Shown: positions 52,601-64,000 of the stretch, one piece after another
How positions within the stretch are numbered: the first letter of the stretch is position 1
How the letters are laid out: each line of letters opens with the position of its first letter
Origin: Octopus bimaculoides
Taxonomy: Eukaryota
DNA: 64,000 nt
Assembly (NCBI RefSeq): GCF_001194135.2
Contig: NC_068989.1
Location: 18,743,786 to 18,807,785 of the forward strand
Reading direction: 5' to 3'
The notes under the pieces: generated by a model
What the model was told of the DNA's origin: nothing
Database searches by the model: none
Seen by the model: only the letters and a program-made list of their open reading frames with translations
Made by a program: the position numbers and the translations under genes

Positions 52601-54061
52601 CTCGGAGTGGTTGGCGTTAGGAAGGGCATCCAGCTGTAGAAACTCTGCCAAATCAAATTGGAGCCTGGTGTAGCCATCTGGTTCACCAGTCCTCAGTCAA
52701 ATCGTCCAACCCATGCTAGCATGGAAAGCGGACGTTAAACGATGATGATGATGAATCAGAGGAGGGGATGGCTGTGACCATGACTATTATAGGTCATCAC
52801 AGATTTGTGACATTGACATGGCTTGATGCTTACAACAAGGAGCTCTGCTCAATACATAAAGAGTTATAAATAAGTGAAAAAGATAAATTAGATTGTGTCA
52901 CTACTATCTTTGTTGTTTTTTCTTTCTTTTCAGAATGTAAAACGAAAAGTGAACTACTGAATCAGATGAGCAACTGTTGGGGCTTTTTGAAAGCTAATAA
53001 TGATATTACTAGAAAGACAGCTAAAAGTTGGTAAGTCATCCATTGTCAAGTGTAGGAATGTATTACCATAATTTCATATAATTTACAAAGGAAAATAAAC
53101 TATTTTGCTTCACTATTTGCCAGTGTAGATTGTCCTTAGTTTTCATGGACTCTAAATTCCTTGTTTTCACTTTCATATTTTGTGGCTTTGTTAAAGTAAG
53201 GATTTTACTTGAAACTTTTCTCTATCTACAGGTAAGTGTTTTGACCCTGGGCACATTCTCATACTCACATTAATACCCACAGTACTAGTGACAAGCCATA
53301 GGAAATCCTGGGTGGCTGTTTGATTTGTTATAAAATTCATTCATTTGTACTCACTACATGAAGATAAAGTATTAATTGATGTCCTAATGAGATTCATCAT
53401 CATCATTGTTTTAAAGTCCACTTTCCCATGTTTGCGTAGCTCAGATGGAGTTTATTGAGATGGAATTTCTACAGCTGGGTGCCCTTCCTGTCACTAACCC
53501 ACGTCTGTTTCTGAGCAATATTTCTCCATGGCCAGATATGTTTTCACAGAATATTGGAAATAAAATTACCCTGCTAGTATGAATGACAATCATTTACAAC
53601 TATTATGCAATGTCAGGACATGTCTTGACATCACATAACAGTTATACATGACTGTTACTGTCATACAAGAAATGTAATTTTATTTCCAATATTCTGTGAG
53701 AACACACCTGACCATGGAGAAATAATATATATATATAGTGGAGGCGCAATGACCCGGGTGTTGTGAGTGTTTATTGAGCGAAAACACCCAAAGCTCCACG
53801 AGGCTCCGGCAGGGGATGGTGGTGAACACTGCTGTACTCTTTCACCACAACTTTCTCTCACTCTTACTTCTTGTTTCTGTTGTGCCTGTAATTCAAAGGG
53901 TCATCCTTGTCACACTGTGTCATGCTGAATATCCCCGAGAACTACGTTAAGGGTACACGTGTCTGTGGAGTGCTCAGCCACTTGCACATTAATTTCACGA
54001 GCAGGCTGTTCTGTTGAGCAGATCAACTGGAACCCTCGACATCGTAAGCGACGGAGTGCCA

Positions 54062-54095
<34 letters not shown>

Positions 54096-57000
54096 GGCTT
54101 CTTTCAGTTTCCATTTACCACTCACAAGGCTTTGGTCAGCCTAAGGATGTAGTAGAAGACATTTACCCAAGTTGCCACACTGTGGGACTGAACCCAGAGC
54201 TAAGTGGTTTTGATAAGTAACCTTCTTAATAAACCATCTGCACCTAACCATGTCTTTATGATATTTTACATGAATAATTGCTATGATGGTGCCTTGACAT
54301 AAGGCAAAGAATATAATCCCCTGCTACTTGCTTCAGTTTACCTGGTTGACATCTACAACTACTACTTTTCATCTGTAATAGTAAAAGTAATAGTTAGGTA
54401 AAGATTTAGTTTCAGATGAAGAACTGATCACGTTTATTTGGGTTTTCAATGTCTGTCTTTCCAGTAGAGAAGGCTATAAAACACTAGTGACTACAACAGC
54501 ATGCACAGGAAGAGTACTTTGCTGTATATTGAGACTTGTATATCTTGGTTTGAACAGGCTTTGAAATCCTGACTTTATAAGCTGTAATTGAACATCTTCA
54601 GAATGATTTATACTTCTTGTTATCAACACCACCACCATCATCATTATAATTGTAAATGTGTTACTGTCATATAATCAGTATCCTTCATTTCCAATCTTCT
54701 GTGAAAACATGTCTGGTCATGGGGACATATTGCCTTACCTTGAAACAATAGAAGGGGCATCCAGCTGTAGAAAATTTGCCTTGACAAATTCTGTCTGATT
54801 TATGCAGAATGAGTATTTTACAAATATTCATATACTATTTTATTATATTATACAGATATATGTAAAAATACATACCTGTTTATCTCATTGATTTTTGCTA
54901 TTGAAAATTTCCGTTTTATTCCTACATTTTTATCACTCTCTCCCAGGAAATATAATGAATTTTACCAATGTATTTCATCTAAATCAAGACCAGGCTGTTC
55001 TATAACACAAAACCAGGCATTAAGGATTTTTCCTCTTTTTAGCCATGAGAATGCTCTTGAAAACAATAGTGGTAAGCACTGTTTTTTTTTTATAGTTAAC
55101 TCACAATCTTATATAAACTAAAAGAGCAAGTACAAACAGTCAAGTGCATAAGATGCTGAAGAATTAACACTAAGATCAGAAGTTTCTATCCTGACACTAA
55201 ATCATGTCATTGTCTCAGTCTACTTAACTGTAATTAGGTACCACATAGCAAGTGACTGTAACATAATGAACTTCACAAATGTTTCCATTAGCTTTTGTAG
55301 TACTAAGTTCAACTCTTGTAGGTACAGGATGTAGTTTGGAGAGGAATGGGGGCTCCACCAAGCTAACTCTCTAACTTTCTAATTCAGTACGGCTCTGGCA
55401 CTCATTGTTGATTTTCAATCTGTTTTTAACCAATCAACCAATTATAGAAATAAAAACAAAGCTGACCGACAGATCTAGGCTTTTAATTTAATACTTTATA
55501 TCTTCCACAAAGATATCATGGTGTGCTGGAGTTTGTTTCCAACATATTAAGCGTTTAAAAGAACTTTAAAAAAATCTGGAATAGGGAGGCTATATGGGCA
55601 TGTGGGTATTTTGAACAGGTATACGGGTATTTGAAAATACTTCATGGAGTGATGACCATACCCTGCATAGTTACAAGCTGCCCTTTGACAAGACATAGCA
55701 CCCATTCAGTCACCCTACCAGGGATACAGCATGGTGGATTGTGAAAAGGTAGCAGAAGAGCTTAACTGAACCAATGGTACTGAATGGAGGAATCCTAGAT
55801 GACCAGTGGTCAGGATCACCAAGCTTTATCAAGAAAGTAACTGCAGCGCTTCCATAGGGGACCAACCACCTTCATGGTTGTATAATCAGCTAATGAAAGA
55901 TTCACTCAAGCTCCTGATTCAAATTCATAATAATGGAATTAGATGGTGACAGAGAGTCGTGAGAATCTCTTTCCAAAATTCCTCAAAACCTCTATAAAGC
56001 ACTCTTTGTTGACCATCCGACCAGAAGGTAGCCAGTGGGTGTAGGTATGTGCATGTTGTCAAAAATGGGTAAATGGGTATCACCATAAGCTTCCTGGTGG
56101 ATTTGCTTTGCCTGGTCTCTTGTGCTAGTGGAAATCAGATGCTTGGCTCACAAAAGTTATTTCATAAGTTTCTGTGGAATTTTTGATGAGTTCAACACAA
56201 AACTTTATTATTGCACAGAAACCTTCCAAATTGTCTTCCTGACTGCTTTCTGCAAATTAGTCAGCTATGAAAAACAGTGTTTAATAAGGTGTGTAGAAAG
56301 TGATGTTAAAGCCTTCTCATTCAATCTGGAATAACAGAAGTTGGCAGGTCAGCTTATTAGATGTATAGTAATGATATACTAAAATTACAATAATCAAGGA
56401 CAGTTGTAACTGCTGCTTCTGAAAGAAAGTCTCAAAACTTCTGGAATGCACCTCGTAAGTCAGTATACATAGATTAGTTTGTTTGGGGGTTTTTTTCCAG
56501 CAGTTTATATAAACGTGTATAAATGTACAGATCCATTTAACCCTTTAGCATTTAGATTACTCTGTCAAATGTAATGCTTTGTTTTGACTTAATCATGCAT
56601 TATCTCCATAGCTTTGGGATTTTAATAATGTGATTGTTTATTTTAAGAATGACATTGTAAGATAGGTGTGAGGGGCTGGATGTGGCTAATTTGAACATGA
56701 AACAAGTAGGATATTTGGACTGGATGTGACTGATTTAAATGCTAAAGGATTGGTAGAATGTTGTGTCGTGAGGGATATTTTCTCAATCACACACTTCTTC
56801 AAATCATTGCTATTCTATTTGAAAAATGGAGGAACACATTGAATGCACTGTTTGCGAAAAGATGCAACGGTCACAGTTAGAATAGAATGCAGCTCGAACA
56901 GTAGATGTTTCACTGAGATTGCAAAGGCCAAACTATGCAGAACCTTGATAACCACTGAGGTTTGAAGAGAGATTAGTATTAATATAAAGAGATTGATATC

Positions 57001-59426
57001 AACGTGAAGAGAGAATCATTAGTAAGCCGGGCAAAATGCTTAGTGGCATCTCATCCGTCTTAATATCAATTCCACCAAGGTCAACTTTGCCTTTTGTCCT
57101 TTCAGGGTCAATAAAATAAGTACCAGTTGAGCACTGGGGGGTGGGGGTCAATCAAATCAACCTATCCCTCTCCTGGAAAGCAATATGAAGACAGAACTTC
57201 TGTACTATCATATATTTCTTAAAATACATAAATGTATATAAATGAGCAGATTCAGAGCATCATGCTGCTAATCTATGAAGCTCCTCTTATGGACTCGGCT
57301 ATCAGTTGACATAGTAATTGATTACAAAGAAGTGTAATGTAGGGTGTCCATGTAACTGAAAATCCAGAAGATCCAATCAATGAAATTATTTCATGAGTAA
57401 TATATAAAAACCGCCTCTCATACCTCCTGACTTTACGGTCTCATAAATGTATATATTTACATTGTAGACTCACATGTATTTATATACTCTTTTACTTGTT
57501 TCAGTCATTTGACTGCGGCCATGCTGGAGCACTGCCTTTTTAGTCGAGCAAAATGACCCCAGGACTTATTCTTTGGAAGCCTAGTACTTATTCTATTGGT
57601 CTATTTTGTTGAACTGCTAAGTTACGGGGACGTGAACACACCAGCATCGGTTGTCAAGCGATGCTGGGGGGACAAACACAGACACATATATATAGGTGCA
57701 GGAGTGGCTGTGTGGTAAGTAGCTTGCTTACCAACCACATAGTTCTGGGTTCAGTCCCACTGCGTGGCACCTTGGGCAAGTGTCTTCTACTNNNNNNNNN
57801 NNNNNNNNNNNNNNNNNNNNNNNNNNNNNNNNNNNNNNNNNNNNNNNNNNNNNNNNNNNNNNNNNNNNNNNNNNNNNNNNNNNNNNNNNNNNNNNNNNNN
57901 NNNNNNNNNNNNNNNNNNNNNNNNNNNNNNNNNNNNNNNNNNNNNNNNNNNNNNNNNNNNNNNNNNNNNNNNNNNNNNNNNNNNNNNNNNNNNNNNNNNN
58001 NNNNNNNNNNNNNNNNNNNNNNNNNNNNNNNNNNNNNNNNNNNNNNNNNNNNNNNNNNNNNNNNNNNNNNNNNNNNNNNNNNNNNNNNNNNNNNNNNNNN
58101 NNNNNNNNNNNNNNNNNNNNNNNNNNNNNNNNNNNNNNNNNNNNNNNNNNNNNNNNNNNNNNNNNNNNNNNNNNNNNNNNNNNNNNNNNNNNNNNNNNNN
58201 NNNNNNNNNNNNNNNNNNNNNNNNNNNNNNNNNNNNNNNNNNNNNNNNNNNNNNNNNNNNNNNNNNNNNNNNNNNNNNNNNNNNNNNNNNNNNNNNNNNN
58301 NNNNNNNNNNNNNNNNNNNNNNNNNNNNNNNNNNNNNNNNNNNNNNNNNNNNNNNNNNNNNNNNNNNNNNNNNNNNNNNNNNNNNNNNNNNNNNNNNNNN
58401 NNNNNNNNNNNNNNNNNNNNNNNNNNNNNNNNNNNNNNNNNNNNNNNNNNNNNNNNNNNNNNNNNNNNNNNNNNNNNNNNNNNNNNNNNNNNNNNNNNNN
58501 NNNNNNNNNNNNNNNNNNNNNNNNNNNNNNNNNNNNNNNNNNNNNNNNNNNNNNNNNAAATTTTCACATTGAGATTATGAACCTCGTACATAAAAAGTCA
58601 TAAATTAAGGCATTTGCCTCTTAGGATTTTTCATTACACAATATGAGGCACTCGTCCTCTTAGGTTTTTTCGCCCGATATAGCCTTCGCTTCTCTCAAGC
58701 AAAACGATGGGTCTGGGTCGGGCCACTTTTCAATACTGAATTCGCCGAGGGGGAAGGAATTCACCAACGCACTTATGTGCCTACTCGACATGACCTCCGC
58801 AGACACCTGCGGAGGCCAGTCCGGATCCTTAGTACAGGTGTGGACTCCCTCTCTCTGACGCTTCCTTTTATTCACAAATTTCTGCAAGCTATTTACCACA
58901 CAGCCACTCCTGTGTCTATTGTACTTACATATGTTTATAATTGCTTTTCATCATATATGTATTACATATTATTCTAACCAGGTAATATACCATCTGCTAA
59001 CGACTGTGTTACTAAGTGGAATATATTACAAGATTTGAAAGAATGGACAAATGAAATATGCAAGTAAGTTTGAAAATCTAAATATTCACATTTTTTTACT
59101 CTCTTTCTTACCAGTGATTCTCAACAAGAGTTCATATAAGATTTTGTGGGGTCCATGCCAGCAAAATAGTAAATTGGGGATCTACTTACAGTAGTATTTA
59201 AAAGGCCCATGAAAAAAAAATGTTATTTAGATGTATTTGTTGCAAGAAACTGCTAGCGCAGGAGTGGTTGTGTGGTAAGTATAGGTGCAGGAGTTGCTTA
59301 CCAACCACATGGTTCCGGGTTCAGTCCTACTGCGTGGCACCTTGAGCAAGTGTCTTCTACTATAGCCTCAGTCCGACCAAAGCCTTGTGAGTGGATTTGG
59401 TAGATGGAAACTGAAAGAAGCCCGTC

Positions 59427-59486
<60 letters not shown>

Positions 59487-59774
59487 CTGTGTTTGTCCCC
59501 CAACATCGCTTGACAACTGATGCTGGTGTGTTTACGTCCCTGTAACTTAACGGTTCAGCAAAAGAGACTGATAGAATAAGTACTAGGCTTACAAAGAATA
59601 AGTCCTAGGGTCGATTTGCTCGACTAAAGGCGGTGCTCCAGCATGGCCGCAGTCAAATNNNNNNNNNNTCAGTCCTACTGCGTGGCACCTTGAGCAAGTG
59701 TCTTCTACTATAGCCTCAGTCCGACCAAAGCCTTGTGAGTGGATTTGGTAGATGGAAACTGAAAGAAGCCCGTC

Positions 59775-59834
<60 letters not shown>

Positions 59835-62114
59835 CTGTGTTTGTCCCCCAACATCGCTTGACAACTGATGCTGGTGTGTTTACGTCCCTGTAACTTAACG
59901 GTTCAGCAAAAGAGACTGATAGAATAAGTACTAGGCTTACAAAGAATAAGTCCTAGGGTCGATTTGCTCGACTAAAGGCGGTGCTCCAGCATGGCCGCAG
60001 TCAAATGACTGAAACAAGTAAAAGAATATGTGTAAATAAATTAGGTTGCTTCTAGTTTATTCCCATTTAATTGAACATTAATCATCATCATCATTATTTA
60101 GCATCTGTTTTCTATGCTGGCACGAGCTGGACAGTTTGACCGGAGCTGTTAAGGCCAGAGGCTGCACCAGGTTACATTGTTCTGTTCTGGCATGTTTTCT
60201 GTGGCTGGCTGCCCTTCCTAACACCAGCTACTCCACAGAGTGTACTGAGTGCTTTAATGTGACCCCAGTACGAGTGCATTTTATGAGGCACCAATGCCAG
60301 TATCAGTTCTGCTGTGGCTGATGGGTCTTCTTCAGTACAGCAACGTGCCACATATCTTGATCATCTCCTTCATAAAGCTTAGTGCCTTGAGATCAGCCTT
60401 CAATACTTCGTCCCATGTCTTCCTGGGTCTCTCTCTTCCATAAGTTTCATCCACTGACCGGCACTTCTGTATGCAACTGTCTACTTCCATATGCATCACA
60501 TGACCAAGCCAGTGCAGTCTTCTCTCTTGCACACTGCATCTAATTCTTATGCCCAACACATATCTTAATTAACTCAAACTCTATCTCAGGATATTGAGTA
60601 CATCATTACATGAACACACATTTATATAAGAATGTGAATGTAAGAATGTATATTTTGCAAAATTTAATTTAATGTATGTATGGCTGTGTGGTTAAGAATT
60701 CTGCTTTGCAAACAAGAAGTTTTGGATTCAATTCCACAGTGTGGAACTTTAGACTTCTATTACCCCAGGTTGAAAAACGCGAGTAAAACGAACAAAAAGT
60801 GTTTAAATCAGCATACACTTTAGCGTTTCGATTCACTGCCAGAAGAAACGAATTATCTCCCTTAGACTGGAAAAAAAAGAGACGTCACTTTCCATTATTA
60901 TTATTCAAACTTAAAAAAAACGTAAATAATTTCAAAACTTCTCTCCTAGCAAAAAGAGACTGAATGCTAGCGTATATAACTGAACTGGTGACACATTTAA
61001 TCATTGACATTAACATGATAACAATTACTCTCTCTCTCTCGAAACAATAATTCAATTAACGTTATTATGACGATCAGTTGGTGATGGTTGAAAAGTATTA
61101 ATAAAGTACTCGAAGTCTGCTTTGCCTTTCTTTTACCCAGAGTCAATAAAATATAGGACCAGTCAGGTACAGGGATCGATTTAATCAACTAAGTCCTTCC
61201 CCTAAATTTCTGGCCTTGTTCCTATATTGGAAACAACTAAAGGCAGTGGAGCATCAGATAAACATGTCTTGCAGTAGTTTTTCTGGGGTGTTTTTTATTC
61301 TGAGTTCAAATCCTATGGATGTCAACTTTGCCTCTCATATTTTGGAGGTTAATAAAATACAATATCGGTCACGTTCAGAGCTGTTGGTGTCAATTAAACG
61401 TCTCCTACCAAAATTGATAGTCTTGCGTCTAAATTTGAAACAATACACCGAGGTTGACTTAGCCTTTCATCCTTTTGGAGTCATTAAAGCAAGAGTCAGT
61501 TCATTACTAGAATGGATAACATCAATTTACACACTCTGAAATAGCAAACCTTGTGTCAAAATTTGAAGTAATTATCATTTCATGACTATATCAGAGCTTT
61601 CCAGTTTTTACATAGTTCAATGTATTCTTTGTGTTATTTCTAAAATCATTGAAAGAACAGAGTGAATCTGATAATAGGCAAACAAACAAATTTATTTATG
61701 GCTAGAACAGTTCCACAATCATAAAAAAATAAAGGATATTCTAAATTGTCTTCAATTCACTTTTTGCACCTCTGGTTATGCCAAATTGAACATGGAATCA
61801 ATTACGAAATTTCCATTCACACACTGTGGACACTAAGCTCATTGAAAGATTTTCTGTTCGCATTGGTGAAATATCTGCCAGTCTTTCCTTCCACAATGAT
61901 ATGCAAATAGAAACATCATTGGATGACTTAGTTATACCTACACAATGAAACTAATAAGAGGTAAAGTATCTTCTGCTGACCTTAGATATATGTATATTCA
62001 GTTTCTTAAGATATATATTATCAAGATATATATAATCATGATTCTGGGTTCAGTCCCAGATCAACCAAAGCCTTGTGAGTGAATTTGGTAGACAGAAAGT
62101 GAAAGAAGCCCATC

Positions 62115-62191
<77 letters not shown>

Positions 62192-62192
62192 C

Positions 62193-62225
<33 letters not shown>

Positions 62226-63008
62226 GTTTTAGGGAAAAAAACAAGTTTCATGAACTCATCGATGAAAATCCACTATCACATGATATTTATCACTATCTTA
62301 TGATATTTACTTTGTTTTATATTATACTCATTTATTGTGCTTTTAATTGTTAATTTTTCTATATGTGATAGTGGATTTTCATCGATGAGTTCATGAAACT
62401 TAGNNNNNNNNNNNNNNNNNNNNNNNNNNNNNNNNNNNNNNNNNNNNNNNNNNNNNNNNNNNNNNNNNNNNNNNNNNNNNNNNNNNNNNNNNNNNNNNNN
62501 NNNNNNNNNNNNNNNNNNNNNNNNNNNNNNNNNNNNNNNNNNNNNNNNNNNNNNNNNNNNNNNNNNNNNNNNNNNNNNNNNNNNNNNNNNNNNNNNNNNN
62601 NNNNNNNNNNNNNNNNNNNNNNNNNNNNNNNNNNNNNNNNNNNNNNNNNNNNNNNNNNNNNNNNNNNNNNNNNNNNNNNNNNNNNNNNNNNNNNNNNNNN
62701 NNNNNNNNNNNNNNNNTGACATTAAAATGCTGATAATGTCGATGTCTTTTCTGTTAACTGAAGTTATACTTTTATTCCAGACAAGTCCAGGAGTCCAAAG
62801 ATTGCATTCTAAAAAATTTAAAGGATAAGAAGAAAATAATGAACACAATAAATTGTAAATGTTATCCTGTAAATGACAACTTCCCTAAGTTTGATGTTTT
62901 GGACCCTGATCACAAAATAAAAGGTCAGTGGTTTGATATTATCAAATATATCATTTTTCTTACATTTCGTTTTGTTAGTGTTTGTCACTCACTCTCTCCC
63001 TCCCTTCC

Positions 63009-63060
<52 letters not shown>

Positions 63061-63554
63061 TGGTTGTAAGTCATTATGGCATTGTATTATCTCTGGATTC
63101 ATATACATAAACAACACAGATAATACAGAAATAATTATAGTATGTAATACATAGATATTATGGAGATAACACAAATGATATGGAATTTGTATATGTAATA
63201 TGTAAGTAGTACATAGATATTATGCAAATTGTACATAAATAATAATTAAATAATGCATTAGCTGTGTAAATATTACGGAAGTAACACATATTGTTTGTAA
63301 ATAATATATAACTGTTATGAAAATACTGCATAAATAATTTGAAAATACAATGGCTTGCATATTCATTCTTTATATGTTCTGCCAAATTCAGAAATGAATA
63401 TGCAAATCAGTGTTGTGTTTTGTCATTGGAGAATAACTTCTCCTTTCAAACAAATTTGCGTTCATAACACACTCATTTCATTAACATAATGGAACTTTGG
63501 GACACCTGATATTTCGACATTATTTTGTCTCATCAGTCAAGAGAACCCCAGACT

Positions 63555-63585
<31 letters not shown>

Positions 63586-64000
63586 GTTTAACGTCCGCTT
63601 TCCATGCTAGCATGGGTTGGACGATTTGACTGAGGACTGGTGAAACCGGATGGCAACACCAGGCTCCAATCTAATTTGGCAGAGTTTCTACAGCTGGATG
63701 CCCTTCCTAACGCCAACCACTGAGAGTGTAGTGGGTGCTTTTACGTGTCACCCGCACGAAAACGGCCACGCTCGAAATGGTGTCTTTTATGTGCCACCCG
63801 CACAAGCCAGTCCAGGGGCACTGGCAACGATCTCGCTCGAAAATCCTACGGGAGCCAGTCAGGCGGTACTAAATAATGATATATTTGCTGATGTCTGCCT
63901 ACCAATAATAAATCATCACAGAAATATGTAATTTATGAATCATATGTCATTTCTATTTGCACAGTTAATGGTTGATTTTATATTGCAGGCTTTACACCCA
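32971..64000 (+). CDS. Unrecognised secreted cysteine-rich repeat protein (3' end beyond the window)
   Basis: Exons 32971-33004, 44835-44958, [one missing], 48874-48973, 52235-52338, 52934-53030, 54947-55071, 58982-59063 and 63989 onward. Phases alternate 1-2 and 2-1. Signal peptide MFILTRFILLIAYCTTLALG. Confidence 0.8.
36924..37035 (-). mobile_element. Degenerate SINE family C fragment
   Basis: ggatgaaaggcaaagttgatctcagaggattttgaactcag is shared with 44086-44315. Confidence 0.6.
37036..38105 (+). mobile_element. 5'-truncated RTE-clade LINE (RT C-terminus, 3' UTR with internal tandem units, (GAT)n tail)
   Basis: RYLGDQ...RIAWAKFRELLPLL...VEGTCGRGRPRKTWDEVVKHDL, contiguous with family B repeat sequence. 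Confidence 0.85.
40495..41040 (-). mobile_element. SINE family C copies (tandem, across a 10-N gap)
   Basis: tRNA-like head TGGCAGAAACG...GAGTTCAAATT; same body as 44086-44315. Confidence 0.8.
41507..42950 (-). mobile_element. Tc1-like transposon, frameshifted
   Basis: HTH part 42449-42793 (MAKKNELSEDL..GRKHKVTPR) and DDE part 41885-42247 (QQDNNPKH..SPDLNPIE). Terminal and inner direct repeats (caaaattat) at about 41519 and 41744. Confidence 0.9.
44086..44315 (-). mobile_element. Full-length tRNA-derived SINE family C with 15-bp TSD
   Basis: TSD TGGCAAACTACACTT at 44071-44085 and 44316-44330; A and B boxes in the head. Confidence 0.9.
44435..44730. repeat. Tandem duplication of about 150 bp
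   Basis: 44435-44584 and 44585-44730 differ by a few substitutions and a 4-bp indel. Confidence 0.9.
44835..44958 (+). CDS. Cys-repeat gene exon 2 (YCTTLALGKCDIERAKDILKKLKEMTKVPPKFDDSDMELL)
   Basis: cccttgtag| acceptor, CT|gtaagt donor, phase 1-2. Confidence 0.85.
46059..47623 (+). mobile_element. Non-autonomous Helitron (copy 2, spans a 952-N gap)
   Basis: A|TC start, subterminal hairpin cccgggcaaagctggg, CTAG|T end. Confidence 0.85.
48874..48973 (+). CDS. Cys-repeat gene exon (CQNFSTKLKEIKVCRAKLVPTKLFTSGIEEFC)
   Basis: ctttctttcag| acceptor, AG|gtaagt donor, phase 1-2. Confidence 0.85.
49125..50220 (+). mobile_element. Mutator-like (MULE) transposase remnant with terminal repeat
   Basis: FALLSDKSQDTY...IMDFEKA...CLFHLGQNVYKHV...YFENNYIG...TTNSLETYH...SHPNIWKLID. 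The end contains gacgaattgactgg subrepeats. Confidence 0.85.
49510..49743. mobile_element. hAT MITE nested in the MULE ORF
   Basis: 8-bp TSD ACCTAGAG (49502-49509 and 49744-49751); CAG...CTG ends. Confidence 0.85.
50196..50431. repeat. Minisatellite, 5 units of 46-48 bp
   Basis: Unit ccgtcaa(c/t)gaattgactggacaccatctctttctc(tc/tt)tttctccctca. Confidence 0.95.
50759..51106. mobile_element. hAT MITE
   Basis: TIR cagtggttctcaac and gttgagaacccttg; TSD gtctaaaa and gcctaaaa. Partial copy near 59112-59255. Confidence 0.85.
51631..51758. repeat. Five 18-bp tandem units flanked by 20-bp direct repeats
   Basis: accaagtctcttcacata units between taaccacaacataa(a/g)ccctt copies. Confidence 0.9.
52235..52338 (+). 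CDS. Cys-repeat gene exon (EYDHCTHIYNSCPELENLPLGNFLSVAATEICKL)
   Basis: ttccag| acceptor, TAG|gttagt donor, phase 2-1. Confidence 0.85.
52934..53030 (+). CDS. Cys-repeat gene exon (CKTKSELLNQMSNCWGFLKANNDITRKTAKS)
   Basis: ttttcag| acceptor, TG|gtaagt donor, phase 1-2. Confidence 0.85.
53735..54070 (+). mobile_element. SINE family D with (CAA)n tail
   Basis: Head ggaggcgcaatg; body shared with 28975-29290 (-) and 38540-38760. Confidence 0.7.
54947..55071 (+). CDS. Cys-repeat gene exon (KYNEFYQCISSKSRPGCSITQNQALRIFPLFSHENALENNS)
   Basis: tctcccag| acceptor, G|gtaagc donor, phase 2-1. Confidence 0.85.
58645..58862. other. Unexplained GC- and CpG-rich segment with several hairpins
   Basis: 14 CpG in about 215 bp; perfect stem CCTCCGCAG-ACAC-CTGCGGAGG. 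Confidence 0.5.
58982..59063 (+). CDS. Cys-repeat gene exon (NIPSANDCVTKWNILQDLKEWTNEIC)
   Basis: aaccag| acceptor, AA|gtaagt donor, phase 1-2. Confidence 0.8.
60083..60570 (-). mobile_element. 5'-truncated RTE LINE
   Basis: RRLHWLGHVMHM...RERPRKTWDEVLKADL followed by a (GAT)n tail. Confidence 0.8.
62244..62400. mobile_element. MITE-like element with a 38-bp perfect inverted repeat
   Basis: agtttcatgaactcatcgatgaaaatccactatcacat ... atgtgatagtggattttcatcgatgagttcatgaaact. Confidence 0.8.
63989..64000 (+). CDS. Start of the next Cys-repeat gene exon (K-LYTP...), cut off by the window
   Basis: ttttatattgcag| acceptor; phase 2 matches the preceding exon (EIC-K-LYT). Confidence 0.5.

Noticed and set aside
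59280-60030. Identical tandem SINE copies across a 10-N gap (similar echoes at 24598-24660, 38753/39321 and 40709-40800)
   Set aside because: Sequence identity across small gaps points to contig overlap or haplotype artefacts.
61790-61948. 52-codon open stretch in the last intron
   Set aside because: Bounded by stops, no compatible splice sites, no Cys pattern.

Overview
AT-rich, microsatellite- and retroposon-dense eukaryotic DNA with many N gaps. The SINE and RTE-tail families suggest an octopus/cephalopod draft scaffold (inference). Two spliced + strand genes were assembled by hand. (1) A CLCC1/MCLC-family gene with 7 coding exons (9344-25129, 375 aa, all introns phase 0). (2) An unrecognised gene for a secreted protein made of repeated two-exon cysteine-rich modules (32971 to beyond 64000); it starts with an 11.8-kb GC-AG intron and has one exon I could not locate. 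A weaker - strand gene candidate lies at about 1011-1526. The rest is transposon debris: a hAT (Charlie-group) transposase, hAT MITEs with 8-bp TSDs, Tc1 and mariner remnants, a MULE, three non-autonomous Helitrons, RTE, CR1-like and R4/Dong LINE fragments, tRNA-derived SINEs, and a Penelope-type fragment carrying a hammerhead ribozyme motif. All family assignments come from motif recognition, not from database searches.
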